A DNA stretch of 64,000 nt from Anaeromyxobacteraceae bacterium (GCA_032654565.1 JAULAX010000014.1:49788-113787), one strand, 5' to 3'; shown: positions 9,600 through 19,147, numbered from the stretch's first letter. Notes: generated from the letters alone by a model not told the origin. A program made the numbers and translations.

Positions 9600-9945
9600 A
9601 GAGGGTCGACATGGTGCCCTTCTCCGAGGAGTTCCCGCAGGAGACCGTGCCCGCCACATGCACTGCGGCGAGCCAGCGCCGGGATGCCCCGGACATTCCG
9701 GGTCAGGCGCCACCGAGTGTCCGTTCCACGATTCCCCGTCCTCGCCGTCCGGCTACGATGGCACCAGACATTTCTGGAGCCCCCGGAGCAGCTGCTCGTC
9801 GGTCGCATCCGCCGAGCTCGCGCCATGGGCCCCGCGGGCCACTACCAGCGGATCGCGCTGCCTGCGGAGCGCCTCATCGCGGTCGACGGGGTCATTCACG
9901 GCCGAGGGGTCACCGACCAGGTCCACCACCTTCACGGCGGCTTCG
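9600..9945 (-). pseudogene. Decayed remnants of an alpha/beta-hydrolase 3' end and an S41-peptidase 5' end, paralogous to 16860-17400
   Basis: VDLVGDPSAVNDPVDRDEALRRQRDPLVV matches VDLGGDPAAVKDAADREEALRRQRDPLVV, and RWLAAVHVAGTVSCGNSS matches RWLAAVLAAGTVSCGDSS. In-frame stop and an internal deletion present. Confidence 0.8.
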
Positions 9946-10099
9946 GCGCGTATGTCGCGCGCCGAGCGGCCTGGCTCACGTTTGCCCCGCGCGTCCGGAG
10001 CACAGCATGTCACCACTTGGACGCCCGCCCGGGCCGCACCTCGAGAGGTTGCGCGTGATTGGACACAGGCGGACTCCCTTGGACGGCACCGCTTGCCGC

Positions 10100-10143
<44 letters not shown>

Positions 10144-10146
10144 TCT

Positions 10147-10193
10147 AAGGGCCCGTCATCACGGCACAACCGCGGTGACGGGCCCTTTCCTTT
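10147..10193 (+). terminator. Intrinsic terminator downstream of the tRNA fragment
   Basis: Perfect 12-bp inverted repeat AAGGGCCCGTCA (10147-10158) / TGACGGGCCCTT (10176-10187), followed by TCCTTT. Confidence 0.65.
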
Positions 10194-10305
10194 GGGGCTT
10201 ATTAGGTGGGTTCATAGGTGCGTTTCGGGGTAACCGCCCGGGGAACCACGTCTAGCGAGGCCGACCGACCGGCCTGATGCTCCTCCGTTCACGACGGAGG
10301 AAGAC

Positions 10306-10692
10306 ATGGCCGACCAGGACAAGTTGCGTTGGACGAAGCTCGTCGCCGACTTCGAGACATGCGACCTGACGCAGCGCGAGTTTGCAGCGGAGCGCGGGAT
10401 CTCCTTCAGCACCCTCCGGCACTGGATCTACAAGCTGCGCAAGGACTCCCGGCCGCTGGTGACGGAGGCGGCCATTTCTCCTAGTCAAGCCTCCGAGAAG
10501 GTCAGCGCAAAACAGGGTTCGCGTCTCGTACCGGTGCGGGTGGTAGGGTCCGCGACGAAGTCGCGGACGGGGGCCGGGGCGAGCGGAGAGGCTGAGAGCT
10601 TGCTGGAGTTGGTCTTCCCGTCCGGCGCGCTGCTGCGCTTCCCCGCCGGCACGGATCTCAAGTATCTGCTGGCCCTGGCCGCGGCCTTGTAG
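10306..10692 (+). CDS. tnpA: IS66 accessory protein TnpA (HTH)
   Basis: W..LV..F....LTQREFAAERGISFSTLRHW HTH; C-terminal LVPVRV...LELVFPSGALLRF. Confidence 0.88.
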   Translation: MADQDKLRWTKLVADFETCDLTQREFAAERGISFSTLRHWIYKLRKDSRPLVTEAAISPSQASEKVSAKQGSRLVPVRVVGSATKSRTGAGASGEAESLLELVFPSGALLRFPAGTDLKYLLALAAAL

Positions 10693-10695
10693 CCC

Positions 10696-11094
10696 GTGCT
10701 CACAATCCCGAGGTCGGTCCGCATCTTCATCGGCTCGACGCCGATCGACATGCGCAAGTCGATCGATGGCCTCATGTCGATCGTGCAGGAGGAGCTGGAG
10801 GAGAATGCATACTCGGGCCACCTCTTCGTCTTCGTGTCGCGGCGGTGCGACCGGGTGAAGATCCTCACCTGGGACAAGGGCGGCTTCGTCCTCGTCTACA
10901 AGCGGCTCGAGCGCGGCCAGTTCAAGCTGCCGCACATGGACGCGTCCACGATGGCCGTCGAGATCGACGCGACGCAGCTGACAATGCTGCTCGACGGCAT
11001 CGACTTCGGGCGCGTCCGCCGGCCGGAGCACTGGAAGCCGCCCCCGGCTGACCATCCGAGCGGCCGTCCCATGGACAAACAGCCTCCAACATGA
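10696..11094 (+). CDS. tnpB: IS66 accessory protein TnpB
   Basis: PIDMRKSIDGL...LFVFVSRRCDRVKILTWDKGGFVLVYKRLERGQF signature. Confidence 0.93.
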   Translation: MLTIPRSVRIFIGSTPIDMRKSIDGLMSIVQEELEENAYSGHLFVFVSRRCDRVKILTWDKGGFVLVYKRLERGQFKLPHMDASTMAVEIDATQLTMLLDGIDFGRVRRPEHWKPPPADHPSGRPMDKQPPT

Positions 11095-11105
11095 TCTGAC
11101 AATCG

Positions 11106-12677
11106 TTGATGGGTGACCGCAATCACCGATGCGAGTGGCGTGAACGGGCCGAGCAGCTCGAAGGCAAGCTTGGCTACGCCGGTCGCGCGCTGGATGCTGC
11201 CGAGAAGATCATCGCCACGCAGACCGAGGCGCTGCGGGCCAAGAACGAGGTCTTGGCGAAGCAAGGCGAGCAGCTCGCCTCGATGCAGGCGACCGTCGAG
11301 AAGCTGCAGCGCCACGTCTTCGGCAAGCGCTCAGAGAAGATTCCGCCGCTGGCGACGGCGCTGCGCGATCCGGCCCGCGCCGAGGCTGAGCGGATCGCGG
11401 CTCTGCAGACCCGCCGGGAGAACGCCGAGAAGAAGCGCCAGCTCGTCACCCGACGCATTGAGCACAAGGTCCGCGAGGATCAGAAGACCTGCCCCAAGTG
11501 CGGCGGCCACGACTTCACCAAGCTCGGCGAAGGCGCGGTGAGCGAGCTCTACGAACTCATCCCCGCCATCGTGGAGCGGCAGCTGCACATCCAGGAGAAG
11601 CTGCGCAGCAAGTGCGGCGAGACCGTCATCACCGCCGACGGCCCGGCCAAGGTCTTCGACAAGGCCCGCGTCGGCCCGACCTTCATGGCGCAGGTGGCCG
11701 TGTCGAAGTGCGCCGACGCGCTGCCACTCCACCGCCAGGCCAAGGCCTATCGGCGCGTCGGCGTCCAGGTGAACGACTCGGTGCTGGGCGACTACTTCCA
11801 CCGCACCGCCGAGATCACCAAGCCGATCTCCGACCGGCTGCTCGACGTCGTGTCCGAGAAGGAGATCGTCCTCGCCGACGAGACCTCGCATCGTGTGCAG
11901 GCCAAGGGGAAGACGCGCCGCGCCTGGATCTGGAGCTTCATCGGGCGCGACGAGGCCGACAGGGAGCTGATCGCCTACGTCTTCTCGGCGAGCCGCTCCA
12001 GCGAGACGCCAGAGCGGGTGCTTGAGGGCACCGCCGGCAAGCTCGTGGCCGACGCGTACAAGGGCTACGACCGCGTCACCGCGCCAGGAAAGCGGGTCCG
12101 CGCCGGCTGCCTGGCGCATGTCCGAAGGCACTTCTTCGACGCCCAGTCGGTCGCGCCCGACGCCGCGAAGCGTGCGATGGACTTCATCCTCGACGTCTAC
12201 CGCATCGAGCGTGCGGCGCTCGACACCGACGTCCTCGGCACGGCCGAGCACCTCGCGATGCGCCAGACCTCGAGCCGGGCCGTCATGGAGAACTTCAAGG
12301 CCTGGCTCGACGCGGAGCGGGGGCGCCACCCGCCGAAGGGGCCGATGGGAGAAGCCATCAACTACGCGCTCGACCAGTGGGACGAGCTGACGCTGTTCCT
12401 CACCGACCAACACCTGCCCATCGACAACAACGCCTCGGAGCGCGCCCTCCGCGTCGCCGCACTCGGCCGAAAGAACTTCCTCTTTGTCGGCACCAACGAG
12501 GCCGGCGAGAACCTGGCCGGCCTCTACTCGCTGATCGCCACCTGCGAGGCCAACGACGTCAACCCGGTCGACTACCTGGCCGACGTGCTCCTCCGCGTGC
12601 AGACCCACCCGGCCTCGCGCATCGACGAGCTGCTACCGCACAACTGGACGCCACTCAGAGCCAAGCCGTCGGCCTGA
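11106..12677 (+). CDS. tnpC: IS66 DDE transposase TnpC
   Basis: Coiled coil then FGKRSEK; CPKCG zinc ribbon; LADET, VADAYKGY, CLAHVRRHF, IDNNASERALR, IDELLPHNW. Confidence 0.95.
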   Translation: MMGDRNHRCEWRERAEQLEGKLGYAGRALDAAEKIIATQTEALRAKNEVLAKQGEQLASMQATVEKLQRHVFGKRSEKIPPLATALRDPARAEAERIAALQTRRENAEKKRQLVTRRIEHKVREDQKTCPKCGGHDFTKLGEGAVSELYELIPAIVERQLHIQEKLRSKCGETVITADGPAKVFDKARVGPTFMAQVAVSKCADALPLHRQAKAYRRVGVQVNDSVLGDYFHRTAEITKPISDRLLDVVSEKEIVLADETSHRVQAKGKTRRAWIWSFIGRDEADRELIAYVFSASRSSETPERVLEGTAGKLVADAYKGYDRVTAPGKRVRAGCLAHVRRHFFDAQSVAPDAAKRAMDFILDVYRIERAALDTDVLGTAEHLAMRQTSSRAVMENFKAWLDAERGRHPPKGPMGEAINYALDQWDELTLFLTDQHLPIDNNASERALRVAALGRKNFLFVGTNEAGENLAGLYSLIATCEANDVNPVDYLADVLLRVQTHPASRIDELLPHNWTPLRAKPSA

Positions 12678-12778
12678 GCAGGTCGGCGGCGAACACGAAC
12701 AGCCGGAGGTGAACGAAGAGCCGCCAAAGCGCGGGCAGCGCCACAACTACGTCAAGACGTCGGTGCCCGGCCGGTTCC

Positions 12779-13193
12779 GCTCGCCGCGGCAGCGAGCATT
12801 GCCTGGGGACAGGTGCCGATCAGCACCGATGGCACCGATCCCAAGACGTGGGATCCGAAATCCGACGCGACAGTCGCCGGCGTGAGGAATCACGTCGTGA
12901 TCTACGAGGATGCCGAGATCCGTGTGCTGTCCGTCACGGTGCAGCCGGGCGAGGTCGAGGTTCCGCACCACCATCGCTGGCCGAGCGTCATCGTGTTCGA
13001 CCGGCCCACCAAGCGCGACAACCGGGACGCCAAGGGCAACTTGCTTCCGGCGAAGAAGGCCAAAGGCGACAACCCGGAGCTGCCGCTGGTGGTGCGCGTT
13101 CCGCCTGAGGCGACACATTCTGTGACCAACCTCGACACGGTCCCGATGCACCTGATCCGCGTGGAATTCAAGAACGGCTTTCCGAAGGAGTAG
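12779..13193 (+). pseudogene. Cupin-domain protein, 5'-truncated by IS66 (may still be translated from GTG 12813)
   Basis: NHVVIYEDAEIRVLSVTVQPGEVEVPHHHRWPSV...HSVTN cupin motifs. Upstream in-frame LAAAASIAWG-QVP resembles the end of a signal peptide and abuts the IS end. Confidence 0.65.
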
Positions 13194-13488
13194 CCCGCCC
13201 GCTGCGTCGATGACCTGGATCCGGGGAGACCAAGCACCGCGTCAGGAACCGTTGTCGACGAGGCCGTTCGGCCAGGGGCCCATCCTTGCGGTGGGCCTTC
13301 GTCCTGCTTCGCGCCTCCTTCCTCTACGGTCCACGTCCCACACGCCGGCCTTGTGGCGTAGGCCGACCCAGATTGACCCGAAGTCACTCGGGCCAATCGC
13401 CGAGTGAAGGTGCACGCCTCCAGCAACAGGAGCAGGAGCAGCAGCAGGAGACGATCCTGGTCCGGGCGGCCCTGGCCCCTGCCGGCCG

Positions 13489-14952
13489 TCAGGGGGTGAA
13501 GACCTCCGTGACCACGGTGACCTTCGACCAGGGCAGCCCCCGGCGGTACGGCGCCGTGTTGGGCCGGTCGGCCGGCGACGAGACCGTGGTCAGGACGGCC
13601 ACGTACCACCTGCCGGCTTGCAGGAGCCCGGCGGGGATCTTCACCGCGGAACCGGTGGTGACGAACGTGGCGATCAGTGTGGACATGTATCGGTTGCCGG
13701 CCGGGTCCAGCTCACGGATCTCCACGTGGACGCTGGTGGGCGTGCCCACGGCGGGGGCTGCCCAGGCCACCACCGGGCCGGTCCCCACCCCGGCCTGTAC
13801 CGCGAGCGCGTCCTTGCCCCCCACCTTGATGGCCTGCACCGAGGAGACGGCCGGGGCGATCGGGTCCGGTACGGCGCCGATGGGAGCGTAGATCCAGGCC
13901 CCACACCTGAACTCGGTCGCAACCCTGGCGCCCGGCGCGGCGCGTATCCTGATGGTGTAGAAGCTGGCCGTCACGAACTCCGTCCAGTTGGGTGGCGCGA
14001 TCCGGCCGTAGCTGATGGTCCCGTCATCGCGATCGGCCAGGAGAGCTCCGCTGGGCGCGGTCACGCCAAGCAACACCAGGTACTGGTACGGTGAGACCGC
14101 GCTTGGAGGCGGCTGCGACGCCACCTGGAGCCGGTAGCCGAAGGTCTGGTGCGCGCCGGGGACCGCCTGGTCGAAGGCGCTGGCGTTCCAGCGGGCCCGG
14201 AGCGTCCCGGTCGCAGGCGGGGGCGAGAAGGTCATGGGGGGGAGGTAGGTCAGCCCTCCATTCACCAGGTAGGCGCCGGTCAGCGACGCCGAGGCCACGG
14301 CGGTGGACGCGATGTCCCCCGCGGCGCCGACCGGGGCGCTTCGCATCTGCGCGGCGTAGAGCGTGTGGTTCGGCTCGAGCAGGTTCTGGTAGTAGGTGCC
14401 CCAGTCGTAGTCCGTGCCGCCGCTGGTGGCCCCCGCGGGGAGCCATGGATCGAAGAGGTCCCAGACCAACGCGTCGTAGCTGTAGATCTGGATCTGGTCT
14501 GTCGCCGGGTCCCACGGCCGCAGGGAGGTCCAGGAGAAGGAAGCCAGGGTCCCGAAGGAAGCCGGGTTGATGACGGCCGGCGAGCCGTCTCCCCCGAGGT
14601 CGAAGACGTCGGCGCTGCTCTGGAAGTAGAGACTCAAGCCGTTGGTCCAGGTGACGTGCAGCGTGTAGGGGCCGACCGGCACGCCGGCGATGGCCCAGGT
14701 GCCTGGGCCGGTGGTGGTGCCGGGATAGACCGTCGAGCCGTCGGCGCCAATCGCCTCCATGGAGGTTTCCCGTTCGCTGGCGACCTGGCTCGAGCTGACC
14801 GGGTCGGACCAGACGACGTTGAAGGTGGTCACGGTGACCGTGCGATGGGTCGGCGGTGAGCTGCTGCACGCCGGGAGGAGGGGGGCGGCGGCAAGCAGGA
14901 GCGCCACGGCGGCGCCGGCCGGGCGCCGGCACATACGGTGGGTCGGCATCAT
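13489..14952 (-). CDS. Lipoprotein of unknown function, beta-rich with FN3-like C-terminus
   Basis: Lipobox LPAC; C-terminal PVVAWAAP...IPAGLLQAGRWYVAVL. Confidence 0.7.
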   Translation of the reverse strand: MMPTHRMCRRPAGAAVALLLAAAPLLPACSSSPPTHRTVTVTTFNVVWSDPVSSSQVASERETSMEAIGADGSTVYPGTTTGPGTWAIAGVPVGPYTLHVTWTNGLSLYFQSSADVFDLGGDGSPAVINPASFGTLASFSWTSLRPWDPATDQIQIYSYDALVWDLFDPWLPAGATSGGTDYDWGTYYQNLLEPNHTLYAAQMRSAPVGAAGDIASTAVASASLTGAYLVNGGLTYLPPMTFSPPPATGTLRARWNASAFDQAVPGAHQTFGYRLQVASQPPPSAVSPYQYLVLLGVTAPSGALLADRDDGTISYGRIAPPNWTEFVTASFYTIRIRAAPGARVATEFRCGAWIYAPIGAVPDPIAPAVSSVQAIKVGGKDALAVQAGVGTGPVVAWAAPAVGTPTSVHVEIRELDPAGNRYMSTLIATFVTTGSAVKIPAGLLQAGRWYVAVLTTVSSPADRPNTAPYRRGLPWSKVTVVTEVFTP

Positions 14953-15037
14953 GGTCGAATCCTCTCAAGCAGCCGGGGAGATCACAACCACGGACGCTGG
15001 ATTGGAGGCGGCAGGTGCGGCGGACGACCCAGCGGAG

Positions 15038-15868
15038 TCATCGCACCCAGCTGCCCACCACCGCGCCTCCCACGATCAGCCCCATGGCGGCGAGCGACAC
15101 CGGGCCGAGCTGGCCGCCGCCAAAGAGGGTGAGCAGCAGCGTGGAGAGGAGCGGCGTCAGGTAGGCGAGCGTCCCGATGGCGCCCGGGTCGCCCTCCTGG
15201 AGGGCCCGGTCCCAGAGGTAGAAGGCCGCCCCCAGCGGTCCGAGCCCGATGAGGAGCAGGGGCGGGAGGTCGGCGAGGGTGAAGGTGTAGCGCGGCTCCA
15301 GCAGCGCGTGGCCGGCCAGGGAGAGCGCCCCCGAGGCCAGGCAGAAGCCGGAGATGGTGGCCCGGGAGAAGCCCCCCAGCCGGCGCGAGAGGAGCGAGTA
15401 GGTGGCCCAGATCACGGCGGCGAGGAGCGCCAGCAGGTATCCGGCCAGGCCGTCAGCCCCGAAGCCGAGCCGCCCGCCGGTGACCAGCAGCGCCGCGCCC
15501 GAGAAGCCGAGCAGCGCGCCGACGACGTGGCGCGCCGAGAGCCTGGCGCCGGGCAGGAGCAGCGGCGAGAGCAGCACGATGAGCAGCGGCCAGAGGTAGT
15601 TGACCAGGTTGGCCTCGACCGGCGGCGCCAGCCGCAGGGCCATGAAGAGGCAGAAGTGGTAGGCGGAGAGGCCGGTGACGCCGACCAGGAGCGCCCGCGG
15701 GCGCAGCGCCGCCAGGGAGAGGTGGCGCAGCCCGAAGACCGAGCCGAGCAGGAGCGAGAGCCCCACCAGCAGGAAGGGCGGCATCTCCCGGAGGCGGACC
15801 GAGAGCGTGGCCAGCGAGCCCCAGAGCGCGATGGCGGCGAGGGCGTTCCGGGTGGCGCGCGGGTTCAT
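15038..15868 (-). CDS. DMT/EamA family transporter
   Basis: About 10 TM segments; ALRLAPPVEANLVNYLWPLLIVLLS and LAYLTPLLST motifs. Confidence 0.88.
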   Translation of the reverse strand: MNPRATRNALAAIALWGSLATLSVRLREMPPFLLVGLSLLLGSVFGLRHLSLAALRPRALLVGVTGLSAYHFCLFMALRLAPPVEANLVNYLWPLLIVLLSPLLLPGARLSARHVVGALLGFSGAALLVTGGRLGFGADGLAGYLLALLAAVIWATYSLLSRRLGGFSRATISGFCLASGALSLAGHALLEPRYTFTLADLPPLLLIGLGPLGAAFYLWDRALQEGDPGAIGTLAYLTPLLSTLLLTLFGGGQLGPVSLAAMGLIVGGAVVGSWVR

Positions 15869-15956
15869 CGGGCGGGCCTGGTGGGGACGTCGAGGTTCTC
15901 TGACCTGCACCCGAGGTCGAGCCCACCCGCCACTCGGCTCCCCGCCGGGCCAGGCC

Positions 15957-16979
15957 TCACGGCGTGGTCAACCAGGCGATCGCCGCCGCGACCGCCGCCG
16001 CGGGGTCCGCCGTCGGCTGGTCCGGCGCGACCGCCCCCCCGTAGGTGACCCCGTTCCGATCCCGGTCCAGCGCGACCAGCAGCTGCAGGGACCCCCCGTC
16101 CGAGAGCGAGAAGCTCCAGTTGACGTTCGACACGCCGTAGGTCGCTGCGCCGAAGCTCCGGGTGTTGGGGCGTCCGATGAAGGAGATGGCGATCGCCTCC
16201 CCGGCCGAGCCGGTGCCGCCGTCCTGCAGCACGGCGACGCGCGGGGCCGGCGCCCTGAGGGTGTACGGGACCGAGGCGCTCAGCTTGGGCCGACCATCGA
16301 AGCAGGCCGCGCCGCCGAAGTACGACCAGGTCAGGGTGGCCCCTGGCGCGAGCGGCGGCGTGGTCATCCCCTCCGGGAAGTAGAACGAGCCCGCCGTCCC
16401 CAGGCCCAGCACCGGTCCGATGCCGGCCAGCATCGGCCACATGTTGCCACCGCCGTTCTGGCGAAGGTCCACGATCCAGCCGACCAGCCCGTCCCGGTCC
16501 TGGGCCTGGACGGCGGCCTGCAGCTGGTCGGCCAGCTGCGTCGTCGAGAGCGGCGAGCCGGAGTTCCCGGTGACCCGGACGTAGGCGACCCCGGCCGGGA
16601 GGACACCGGGATCCGACCAGCCGACCCAGCCCCCGAGCCCCTGGCTCGCCTGGTACAGGCAGGGTCCCTGGCCTCGGCAGATGGCGGTGTGGCGGTCCTG
16701 GAGCAGGTCGATGGCGAGCTGGAGCGCCGGGTCGAGACCGTCCAGGGTCGTGGCGCCGGCCGCCGCGGCGCGCACCTGCCGCTCGTAGGCGACCCAATCG
16801 ACCGCGCTCCGGTGGATGTGGTTCTGCTCGATGAGCGTGAGGACCTCGTCGAGGTACCGGTCGGCCGGGGTGCCGACCGTCCCCGAGGAGTCCCCGCAGG
16901 AGACCGTGCCCGCAGCGAGCACGGCGGCGAGCCAGCGCCAGGGGGCCGACGACCAACTTCCACCGGGTGTGCGCTCCAT
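15957..16979 (-). CDS. S41-family peptidase lipoprotein
   Basis: Lipobox TVSC; WIVDLRQNGGGNMWPM; GTGSAGEAIAI; GGAGGAGG RBS upstream. Confidence 0.85.
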   Translation of the reverse strand: MERTPGGSWSSAPWRWLAAVLAAGTVSCGDSSGTVGTPADRYLDEVLTLIEQNHIHRSAVDWVAYERQVRAAAAGATTLDGLDPALQLAIDLLQDRHTAICRGQGPCLYQASQGLGGWVGWSDPGVLPAGVAYVRVTGNSGSPLSTTQLADQLQAAVQAQDRDGLVGWIVDLRQNGGGNMWPMLAGIGPVLGLGTAGSFYFPEGMTTPPLAPGATLTWSYFGGAACFDGRPKLSASVPYTLRAPAPRVAVLQDGGTGSAGEAIAISFIGRPNTRSFGAATYGVSNVNWSFSLSDGGSLQLLVALDRDRNGVTYGGAVAPDQPTADPAAAVAAAIAWLTTP

Positions 16980-17002
16980 GGTTCCTCCTCCTCGCCGTCG
17001 GG

Positions 17003-17965
17003 TTACGGGTGTTCCCCCTGACGGAGCCCGCCGTCGGGCTGGTCCAGCCGTGCCTGGAGCCACCGCAGCAGTTCCTCGACGGTCGTCTCCACCGAGCTCG
17101 AGCCGTGCCCCCCGCGGGCCGCCACCAGCCTCGCCTTGTCCGCCGTCCTCGCCGCGGCCAGGATCTCGTCGTTGCCTGCAGGGTCCACCAGGGCGTCGGC
17201 GGCGCCCTGGACCAGGAGCAGCGGGGCGTCGACGGCGGCGGCGTTGGCCGGGCAGGCGGTCATCACCTCCCGCTGCGCCAGCAGGTAGCGCATGCTGAAG
17301 TGGCGCACCACCAGCGGATCGCGCTGCCGGCGGAGCGCCTCCTCGCGGTCGGCGGCGTCCTTCACGGCCGCGGGGTCGCCGCCCAGGTCCACGGTGAGCG
17401 CCGACCGCCGGAACACCGCGTTGAACGCGAAGGCCAGGTAGTCGGTCGGCGAGGGCCCCATGCCCTCGCCGTAGGTCATCTTGTAGGCCGGGTTGACCAG
17501 GACCAGGCCCGCCAGCGGCGGCCCGGCCGTGGCCGCCAGGTGCAGCGCCAGCGTCGCCCCGGCGCTGTGCCCGAAGAGGAAGACGGCCTTCCCGGGGAAC
17601 ATCGCCCGCGTCCGGGCCAGCCCCAGCCGGAGGTCGTCGAGCACCAGGCCGTAGTCGGCGGTGTCGCCTCGCAGGCCGTCCGAGTACCCCGAGCCTCGCG
17701 GGTGCAGGACGGTGGTGGCGAGGCCCGCCGCCTGCAGGGCGGAGGTGAACTTCGGGTAGGGCTCCTCGGAGCCGATCTCGGGGCCGAGCACGAAGTAGAC
17801 GACGCCCCGGGTCCCTCCGGCCGGCGTCGTCGCCGAGAAGTAGAGGCGCGCGCCACGCGCCCCCTCGATCCAGCTGGCCCCGTCCGGCGGCGCCAGCGGG
17901 GGCCTGCTCACCCGCTCGAACGAGGCGCACCCGGGCAGGCCGGCCAGGGCGAGGAGGCCAGCCAT
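17003..17965 (-). CDS. Alpha/beta hydrolase (lysophospholipase-like), probable lipoprotein; start uncertain (17965, 18022 or 18154)
   Basis: HPRGSGYSDG, LFGHSAG nucleophile elbow, LLVQGAADALV, GGHG; LPGC lipobox. Confidence 0.8.
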   Translation of the reverse strand: MAGLLALAGLPGCASFERVSRPPLAPPDGASWIEGARGARLYFSATTPAGGTRGVVYFVLGPEIGSEEPYPKFTSALQAAGLATTVLHPRGSGYSDGLRGDTADYGLVLDDLRLGLARTRAMFPGKAVFLFGHSAGATLALHLAATAGPPLAGLVLVNPAYKMTYGEGMGPSPTDYLAFAFNAVFRRSALTVDLGGDPAAVKDAADREEALRRQRDPLVVRHFSMRYLLAQREVMTACPANAAAVDAPLLLVQGAADALVDPAGNDEILAAARTADKARLVAARGGHGSSSVETTVEELLRWLQARLDQPDGGLRQGEHP

Positions 17966-17989
17966 CACCAGGGGTGCCGCCCCGGCGAG

Positions 17990-18175
17990 CCTCCGCTCGA
18001 CCGGTTCGGTCCAGCCGTGCATCGCGAGGCCGAAGGTCGCCCAGTGCACCGGGAGCAGCAGCGTCGCGCCCACCCGCTGCGCGGCCACCGGCGCCTGCTC
18101 GGGGCCCAGGTGGACGTCTCTCCAGCGCGGGTCGTAGGCGTTGCCCTCGATCATCGCCGCGTCGAACGGTCCGGG
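17990..18175 (-). pseudogene. C-terminal fragment of an MBL-fold (RomA/NAPE-PLD-like) metallohydrolase, in frame with the hydrolase
   Basis: GPFDAAMIEGNAYDPRWRDVHLGPEQA...LLPVHWATFGLAMHGWTEP; the HxHxDH N-terminal part is absent. Confidence 0.7.
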
Positions 18176-18179
18176 TCGT

Positions 18180-18920
18180 TCATGACGCCAATCCTCCCAC
18201 GTCCGCTCGGAGGTCCAGTCCCTTGAAGGTGAGCCAGAGACCGGCGCCCACCTCGAAGAGGATGCTCGGGACGATGTAGGCGAGGTCGATGGTGCACTGC
18301 AGGCTCATCATCGAGGCCGGAGCCCCGGGGGCGAGGATGTTGTTGAACGCGGCGAAGAGCATCAGCGAGTAGGAGATCGCCCCGAGTCCGGCCAGCGCCC
18401 TCGGAACGACCCTGGACTTGAAGAACAGGAACATGAACAGCAGCATGCCCAGGCTCAGGAAGACCGCGCTGACGGTGTGACCCGCCATGCGCACGCTCAG
18501 GTAGAGGCCGACCAGGCCCAGGAGCGACTCCGTCCCGAGCGGGGACAGCGAGGACCGTCCGTTCAAGAGCTGCAAGGCGATGAAGCCGAACAGCACCATG
18601 ACCGCAGCCAGCGTGGCCTCCACCAGCACCGACGAGAGCGCCAGTGTGGCGAGGTTGGTCCGTGTCGGCTTGAGGATGACGTAGTGGGCCACGGCCAGGA
18701 TCACCAGGTTGATGGCCATGAGGAGCTCGTAGCCGACTCCGATCCGGAAGAGCGCCTCGTTGGCCATGGCGGCGTGCGCCGTGGCCGTGGCGTCCCCGTC
18801 CACGGCGAGCCTGGAGGCCACCAGGAGGTAGTAGTGGATGCCGCCGAGCACCATGAACAGGTAGGCGACGCCTGCGACTCTCGCGGCGCTGCGCCGTGAC
18901 GCCTGGGGTGTGTCGTTCAT
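18180..18920 (-). CDS. DUF4386-family membrane protein
   Basis: AARVAGVAYL, GDATATA...NEALFRIG, SRVVPRALAGLG, FEVGAGLWLTFKG. Confidence 0.8.
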   Translation of the reverse strand: MNDTPQASRRSAARVAGVAYLFMVLGGIHYYLLVASRLAVDGDATATAHAAMANEALFRIGVGYELLMAINLVILAVAHYVILKPTRTNLATLALSSVLVEATLAAVMVLFGFIALQLLNGRSSLSPLGTESLLGLVGLYLSVRMAGHTVSAVFLSLGMLLFMFLFFKSRVVPRALAGLGAISYSLMLFAAFNNILAPGAPASMMSLQCTIDLAYIVPSILFEVGAGLWLTFKGLDLRADVGGLAS

Positions 18921-19077
18921 GACCGTTCCTCCTCCTGGTTGACCCGCCTGTTCACGGTGAAGGCCCTGGCCGCTCGCGGCGGCGGGAGCACCCGCCCGGC
19001 TGCGGCCTGGCCCATGGCGGTCATGGCTGGCCTCCTGTCCCGTCGGCGGCCCGCGGTGGCGGCCGGCCCGGGCCGTC

Positions 19078-19140
19078 TGACATTCTGACCGCACCTGTCA
19101 TTCTGTCATGATTGACAACCGGACAAAAAATGTCAAGAGT
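19078..19140. promoter_or_regulatory. Two TGACA-N13-TGTCA operators overlapping a sigma70-like promoter for tetR
   Basis: Sites at 19078-19100 and 19113-19135. TTGACA (19112-19117), 17-bp spacer, AAGAGT (19135-19140). Confidence 0.65.
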
Positions 19141-19147
19141 CAGATCG

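Larger units (their letters stand above)
10230..12778 (+). mobile_element. IS66-family insertion sequence
   Basis: tnpA-tnpB-tnpC organisation. IRL GTAACCGCCCGGGGAACCACGTCT (10230-10253); IRR AGACGTCGGTGCCCGGCCGGTTCC (12755-12778); 19/24 match by hand alignment. Confidence 0.9.

Noticed and set aside
13194..13488. Integron attC site or small RNA in the intergenic gap
   Set aside because: Only short hairpins and a CAGGAG/CAGCAG low-complexity run; no paired RYYYAAC/GTTRRRY ends and no integrase.
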